From: Eledone cirrhosa
Taxonomy: Eukaryota
Direction of reading: 5' to 3'
Assembly (NCBI GenBank): GCA_964016885.1
Contig: OZ024741.1
Coordinates: forward strand, 369,892,001-369,956,000
Length of the DNA: 64,000 bases
Shown piece by piece: positions 56,530 through 64,000 of the stretch. Under the pieces are notes generated by a model. It saw only the letters and a program-made list of their open reading frames with translations, ran no database searches and was not told the DNA's origin. Every line of letters starts with the position of its first letter. The stretch's first letter is position 1. A program made the translations under genes and the position numbers.

Positions 56530-57750
56530 GTTCTTCTTCTTCTTCTTCTTCTTCTTCTTCTTCTTCTTCTTCTTCTTCTTCTTCTTCTTCTTCTTCTTCT
56601 TCTTCTTCTTCTTCTTCTTCTTCTTCTTCTCTCTTATGTTCTACTCCCCTGGGACAGTAGGAGAGTCTTCCTCCATGACCATCACCACCACATACACCGT
56701 CCCCACCTTCATCGTTGCAACAACTGCCACCGATGGCTCTAAGGTCACCACCACCACCACCACCCTCACTACCAATGGCCCTACGACACCAACCTTAAAC
56801 ACCAACCCACTAGCTATAGCCATGAGATGACCTTAACCAACAGCACTGTCCCCTTCGCCACTAATATCCAACGAACCACCAACCCTACCATCACCAATAG
56901 CGTTAAGAACACCTTAAACACCTCCACCACCACCACCACCACCATCACCACCACCACTACCAGCACCAGTACCAGCACCACCACCAGCACCACCATCAGC
57001 ACCAGCACCACCAGCACCACCACCACCACCACCAGCACCACCATCACCATCACCACTACCAGCACCAGTACCAGCACCACCACCAGCACAACCACCAGCA
57101 CCTCCACCACCACCACCACCAACATAACCAGCACCAGCACCACCAGCACCACCAGCACCACCACCAGCACCACCTCCAGCATCACCAGCACCAGCACCAA
57201 CACCAGCACCAGTATCAACACCCCCCCCCCCCCCACCACCAACACCACCACCATCACCCCTCACACCACCACACCACCACCACCACCACCACCACCACCA
57301 CCACCTTAACCGATACAATTAGCATCACCATCACTAATAGCTAAAAACCATCTTAACCATCACTATCAACACCGACATCATCAGCACCAAAATCATCACC
57401 ATAGTCATTACCACGATCACCAATAGCTAGAAGACTGCCTTAACCATCACCATCATCATCAGTACGACGACGACCACCACCATGATCGCTATCACCACCA
57501 TCACCAATAGCTACATGACCGCCTTAACCATCACCATCATCATCAGTACGACGACCACCACCACCATGATCGCTATCACCACCATCACCAATAGCTACAA
57601 GACCATCTTAACCATCACCATCATCATCAGTACGACGACCGCCACCATCATCACCATCACCACCGCCACCAATAACTACAAGCTCACTTTAATCATAGCC
57701 ATCAACAACGTCAACATCACCAACATCAGTAAAATTACCGACATCACCTA
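56530..57750. repeat. (CTT)n then ACC/AGC-rich low-complexity region with ~87-bp degenerate repeats
   Basis: directly visible. Confidence 0.85.
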
Positions 57751-58011
57751 AAACTATCCAACAAACAATCAACAACACCCTGAACCCATCACTTCTACTA
57801 CTCCTCTTAACACAGGATTTATCATTGGAATTATTAAATTTGTTTTCCCATCAACTACTCTTACTCCCTCTGTGTTTCATTGAAGGTCACGTGATATAAT
57901 ACATCTAGTTCAATTAATTAATATCAGCACGTTGATTGGAGAAATATTCCCTCTTGTATCAAATACATTTCAATTTCGGACATAAATATTGAAAACTCTT
58001 CGGTCATTTAA

Positions 58012-58231
58012 CCTTTTAGCATTTACATTATTCCATATTTGCTATCATATTTGTGTGGCAAAGGCTTTACCTCACATAATTATCTCACATAATATCGAAT
58101 CTATGATATTATTTATTTTGAGAACAATACCCAATATCTTAACATCAGTATGAGTGGCTGGTAACAGCCGGTTTGAACAGAAAGATGTGAGAGAATTCTT
58201 GCCGGATACGGCTGGTTTAAATGCTAAAGGG
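58012..58231. mobile_element. piggyBac-type MITE
   Basis: TTAA-ccttttagcattta ... taaatgctaaaggg-TTAA. Confidence 0.75.
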
Positions 58232-58305
58232 TTAAACTTAGCTACTCAACACTAACGATAGTCACTAATATCCTTATTATCTAGAAATAGTAGTAGTAGT
58301 AGTAA

Positions 58306-58341
<36 letters not shown>

Positions 58342-58343
58342 AA

Positions 58344-58384
<41 letters not shown>

Positions 58385-58410
58385 TTTATACATATTAATA
58401 TATATATATA

Positions 58411-58549
58411 TAGGAAAATGTTCAGGACACCGACGGCAGAGCTCTGCCGTCGGGGTCCTGAACATTTTCCTGTTACCCACTCTATTACACAAAGTATAGA
58501 GTACTCTGGTGCGTTATGGTCCACCTGGTTCCTTACCACACTTCCTTCG

Positions 58550-58551
<2 letters not shown>
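58411..58551 (+). mobile_element. family B fold-back centred on the stem III palindrome AGAGCTCT
   Basis: aggaaaatgttcaggacaccgacggcagag|ctctgccgtcggggtcctgaacattttcct followed by an ~80-nt tail. Confidence 0.85.
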
Positions 58552-58605
<54 letters not shown>

Positions 58606-59434
58606 ATATTAAATACAAAGAAAAAACCCGAAGAGGGCTCGATAAGGACCGTACATATATATATAAGTATATATAAACCCGCAGAGCAAATATTTATGGT
58701 TAGTACAGATTAAAGTTTAAGCGAAGAACTTCTGCTTTCACCCTATACGGGGTATTTTAAAACTGAGAAAAATCAATCAGTTAATAGATGCAAGAACAAT
58801 TATCCTTGCACATATTTCACCCATTGCAAGAGAATGTCTCCACGTCCAGCCGTTATGGCTTCCTTTTTTCTTTTCGTCGTAAAGTTTTTTAAAATATATA
58901 TATATAACAAAAATATATCCGCAAATCACCAAACTGCTGCCCAGTAATATAAATCTGTTTTATAATCCAGCCACAGTCAAATCTAACATTGACCAGAACG
59001 GCATAGATTGCGCTGGGTTCAGAGGTAATCCATTTAAAATGAGATGCTACCAGCATAATCACACTTTTCGCATGTAGTTTGAGACTAACTCCCCGATCAA
59101 CATTTAGTATTTGAATAATTTAACGTACAATATCAAGTGACGTAATGTACAATATCAAATGACGTTTTGTTTTACTTCTAAATACAATTAAACTTATTTT
59201 GTTATTTATGCGAGTCTAGTTAAATGCTTATACGTAAAAATATTGTATGTGTATTCATATTCAGCCGTATTGTGAATCATATTATGTTAGTACATGAACA
59301 CATGCAACCACACACAAACATACACACACAGAGACCCACACACACACTTATACACATGAATGAATATGCTTTAATTGTTTCATTACGTACTCGCAGATGG
59401 CAGAATAGGCTTTTGTTTATCTGTATTTATGTCT

Positions 59435-59528
<94 letters not shown>

Positions 59529-59974
59529 TACACATATATATATATGTGTTTGTGTGTGTGTGTTAACTCTTAGAGTTCATCAGTGTAAGCCCCTCCTCTG
59601 CCATATGTAACACAGTTAAGTACACCCAAGCCTGCACACGCCACCACCGAGTTAGACACACGTGTATCTGCAATTGTGCATTTTATGCAGGCGTGTATTA
59701 TTTCTAATATATTCTACCTCGTATAATATATATTACTCACACTTATATGTACTCATATATACATATACACACTCGCTTCACACATATAAACTAACACATA
59801 CATATATAGATATTCACACACACCGACATACACAAATATACATACTGACACACAAACATACTCATAAACACACACACATATGACCACGAATATAATTACA
59901 TATATAGATATAGGCACACACACATATACACAATCATATACGCACGCACGTATGTATACATATATATATATGTG

Positions 59975-60012
<38 letters not shown>

Positions 60013-60017
60013 CATAC

Positions 60018-60049
<32 letters not shown>

Positions 60050-60199
60050 ATATATATATATACATATATATACATATATATACATATATATATATACATA
60101 TATATACATATATATATATATACATATATATACATATATATATATATATAAATATATATGTGTGTGTGTGTGTGTGTACATATGTGCATATATATATAT

Positions 60200-61630
60200 A
60201 GTGAAGTCGGACAAAACTAATAATCTTTATGGAGTACAAAAGGACATGTATAACGGCCTTATATTGAAAGAACTAAGGAAAAAGTACAAGGTAGCAAATA
60301 AGGACGAACTTGAAAAACTGAATACAGATGCATCTTGTATAATGCATGAATTAGACATTGAGAATAAAACACAACCCTTCATGCCTAGGAAACCTAAGAT
60401 CAATATGAAGGATCACAAAAGAAACTTTGAAAATGATTTACCAGTCAGATTAATTGCACCCTCTAAATCTGACCTGGGCAAACTTAGCAAAAATATTCTA
60501 GACAGGGTAATACAACAAATTAAAAACTTACCTAATTTATCTTACTTAAAACTATGGAAAGGGACTAGTGAGGTTATCGATTGGTTTAAAGAAATTAAAT
60601 ATAACTATAATAATAAGTTTATTCAGTTGGATATTGCTAACTACTACTAATCTATCACTCCTAATCTACTGAATAAGGCACTAAATTACGCATTTAAACA
60701 TACTGACCTAACTAGCAATGAAATGCACATTATACTATCGGCAAGGAAAACATTGATAGAATTTAATAACCAACTCTGGACTAGGGCAGATAGAAAAAAA
60801 TAATTTCGACATAACTATGAGATCATCAGACTCAGCTCAGGTAACGGACCTTGTGGGCCTATTTATAATTAATTCGCTACATAGAAAAATACCAGGTGTA
60901 ACCGGAGGCTTATATCGTGATGACATGCTTTTACTTATACAAACTAATAGCTGTGAACTAAATAGGAAAAGAAAACAAATTATACAATTTTTTTAATTAC
61001 CATAATCTAAAAATAGAAATAGAGAATAACCATAAAATAGTCAATTTTCTTGACGTAACACTAAATCTCAACACATGTCTTCATTATCCATTTCACAAAC
61101 TAAATGAGAACTTGAATTATGTTAATTTTAACTCTAATCACCCCAGATCTGTTAAAAATACTATAGTGAACTCTGTTCAAGAAAGAATTTCAAGAATTTC
61201 ATCTAATAAAAATATATTTGATGAAAAAGCGCAGTATTACAACGAAGCGTTAGGTAGAGCTGGATATAGAAATGAAATTAAATACATTGATAATAATAAT
61301 AATAAGCAAACTAGCCAAAATAATAACAATTTTAATTATGGTAACAACTTTAGCAACTATAATAGTAAACATTACAATAATTCCAAAAGCCGAAAAAGAA
61401 ATAGAACTAGAAACATATTATGGTTTTCTCCCCCTTTCTCACTAAATATTAAAACCCCTATTGCTAAACTATTCTTTAAAGCTCTTGACACACGCTTCCC
61501 TAGAACACATAAATATTACTCAATTTTTAATAGACACACTATATAATTAACTTACTCGTCCACCAAAAATTTAGCACAAAATATTAATAGAATTAATAAT
61601 AGAAATTTAAAACCTAACCAAAATACCAAT
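60200..61630 (+). pseudogene. Penelope-like element reverse transcriptase (probably Nematis clade), disrupted, GIY-YIG domain absent
   Basis: [113 protein letters not shown]; starts in (TA)n. Confidence 0.9.
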
Positions 61631-61764
61631 AATAACCCAAGCAATGTTCAATTGAATAACTGTATACGTGAAGCTTTTATAGTGAGCAAAGGCACTGCAC
61701 AAAGCCAGTCCCACTCTCTTAACCAAGATGATACATATATATATATATACATACACACACATAT

Positions 61765-61820
<56 letters not shown>

Positions 61821-62070
61821 CGTTTAAATATGCGTTTATTCAAATATATACACATTTATCAACCTCCGTCAAAGCCTGAGGAACAACGTAAAAAAACGGT
61901 CCCTATACTTCCGATGACAGTATCTAGCATACATTCTGTGTGTATGAGTACAGGCACATATGTACACCTGCATGGCTTCTTCTCTCTTTCCCCCTCTCTC
62001 TCATATATATACGTACATACATACATATATATATAATTACATACATACATACATATATATACATATATAT

Positions 62071-62133
<63 letters not shown>

Positions 62134-62299
62134 GGTATATACACACACATATATATATATATGTGTATGCATATATACACACATACGTACACACACATAT
62201 ATACACACACACATATATATATACATATATATAGATATATACACATATATATACATATATGTATTTATATATGTAAACATACATATATACATACATATA

Positions 62300-62467
<168 letters not shown>

Positions 62468-62686
62468 AAGAGAGAGAGAGAGAGTGGGGGAGTGAAAGAA
62501 AGAGGAGGTAATGTAGGTGTGTAGACGTGTGCGTATTTATTTGATATAGCATGTAACATCTGTACATCTGTCGCTCTCATCCGACCTATCTCTATATACT
62601 CCCATGGATATTTACATACATACATCGACTCCTTATACATTATTATTATCATCATTATTATTTATGCATAGTTTATTTATGTTATC

Positions 62687-62828
62687 CAGCATAGTTACGT
62701 CCCTTTACGATCTGAGTTCAAATCCCGCCGAGGTAGACTTTGCCTTTCATCCTTACGGGGTCGATAAAATAAAGTACCAGTAATGCACTGGATAATTGCT
62801 GGCCTTGTGCCTAAAGTAGAAACAATTA
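62687..62828 (+). mobile_element. Meta-type SINE, 5'-truncated
   Basis: gagttcaaatcccgccgagg..gcctttcatccttacggggtcgataaaataaagtaccag. Confidence 0.8.
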
Positions 62829-63354
62829 TTATTTATTCATAGTTTATTTTATATTTTTATATCTTCATTGTCAAATTAGTCTTGCCACTGTGCACTTTTA
62901 CTCGAAATTATTGTAAACCCCCACTGTCCCTGTCTTTGTATTGTCCCCTACATGTCGGCCCTTGTGGCTAATAAATGAAATCATCATTATTATTATTGCT
63001 GGCCTTGTGTCTTATATTAGAAACCATTATTATTATTATTGCTTTTGTTTTTCTTATCATTACTGATTTATATTATTATGTTTTTATATACGTCGTGCCC
63101 TGCAGATAATTCCTTCATCAGCTGTCAACTGGTAATCACAACGATTTCGACATCTGACAGACTTGATTCCTCCAGCGGTGCCGAGCATCATTCATGTCAC
63201 CATAGATCTCTGGATTCTTATGAGCCACAATGAAGCATAGGCATATGAATGTTAAAATATATGTATAATAAGAGAATATATATATATATATATGTATATA
63301 TATAACTTTATACAATTGCCTCCTGTGTTTTGTTTGTTCATTTTCAGCTATATA

Positions 63355-63421
<67 letters not shown>

Positions 63422-63572
63422 ATAATAATAAATTTGAAGACTAAAATCCAAAGAGGGTTCGATAAGGATGAATATATATCAAATATATAAGAACCGTAGA
63501 GCAAATATTTATTATTTTATTTAATAATATATATATATATATATACTCTTTAATATACATATATTTTAACAA

Positions 63573-63647
<75 letters not shown>

Positions 63648-63656
63648 TAAATAAAT

Positions 63657-64000
63657 ATACACGGGTGTGTATGATTGTGTATAGAAGATTACATTAATAA
63701 AAGGAATTCCAACTTTGTCTGATTTACTCGTTTTATTTACAATCCTTTAAAATTTATAATGGTATTAGAATGAAATAGTATGGTAGAATATTTAATTCTA
63801 AGTGTTAATTGAACAAGTACTTTCATGCTTTCGCAATCTTCAGGTTCATATTCTGTGGTGACAATCAAGTTTGCAATTTTCAACTGTGAAAATTGCACAC
63901 AGGAATGGGATATAAGATCACCTGCTGAAGGGGAAAAAGCAGGAGAACACCTATGAGTCATGACATAGGAAGGCTTAGTTCCCTTATAGCATTGGTTCCC
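63657..64000 (-). mobile_element. PLE-like family A copy, probably extending beyond the window
   Basis: 63657-63888 matches the 12094 fold-back arm plus tail. Confidence 0.8.
63810..63848 (-). ncRNA. minimal type I hammerhead ribozyme (family A)
   Basis: identical to 12214-12252. Confidence 0.8.

Noticed and set aside
56636-57751. Thr-rich mucin-like ORFs
   Set aside because: ACC-type low-complexity DNA interrupted by stops; no splice or domain support

Overview
Eukaryotic, very microsatellite-rich, apparently gene-free (intergenic or intronic) animal DNA. The (TA)n/(CA)n density and the repeat families suggest an octopod cephalopod, which is an inference. No host protein-coding exon could be supported: almost all ORFs in the track are microsatellite read-throughs. 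Recognisable coding sequence is limited to decayed transposons: Tc1, CR1, several RTE pieces, L1/Tx1, a CRE endonuclease end, and a Penelope-like (PLE) RT. The main signal is RNA structure. Reading both strands I find 13 type-I hammerhead ribozyme (HHR) motifs with an intact catalytic core, plus about 10 mutated or half copies. They belong to at least 9 unrelated short families, mostly embedded in (TA)n as fold-back (inverted) insertions with a short asymmetric tail, the architecture of PLE pseudo-LTRs. The most notable element is a non-coding 595-bp unit in 3.3 near-identical tandem copies (2141-4094). Each full unit carries a minus-strand HHR with the compensatory U3:A8 core, a branched ~60-nt stem II and a loop-less palindromic stem III. 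It is a candidate large retrozyme or circular-RNA retroelement mobilised by PLE machinery. All structures were folded by eye; none has been tested computationally or experimentally.
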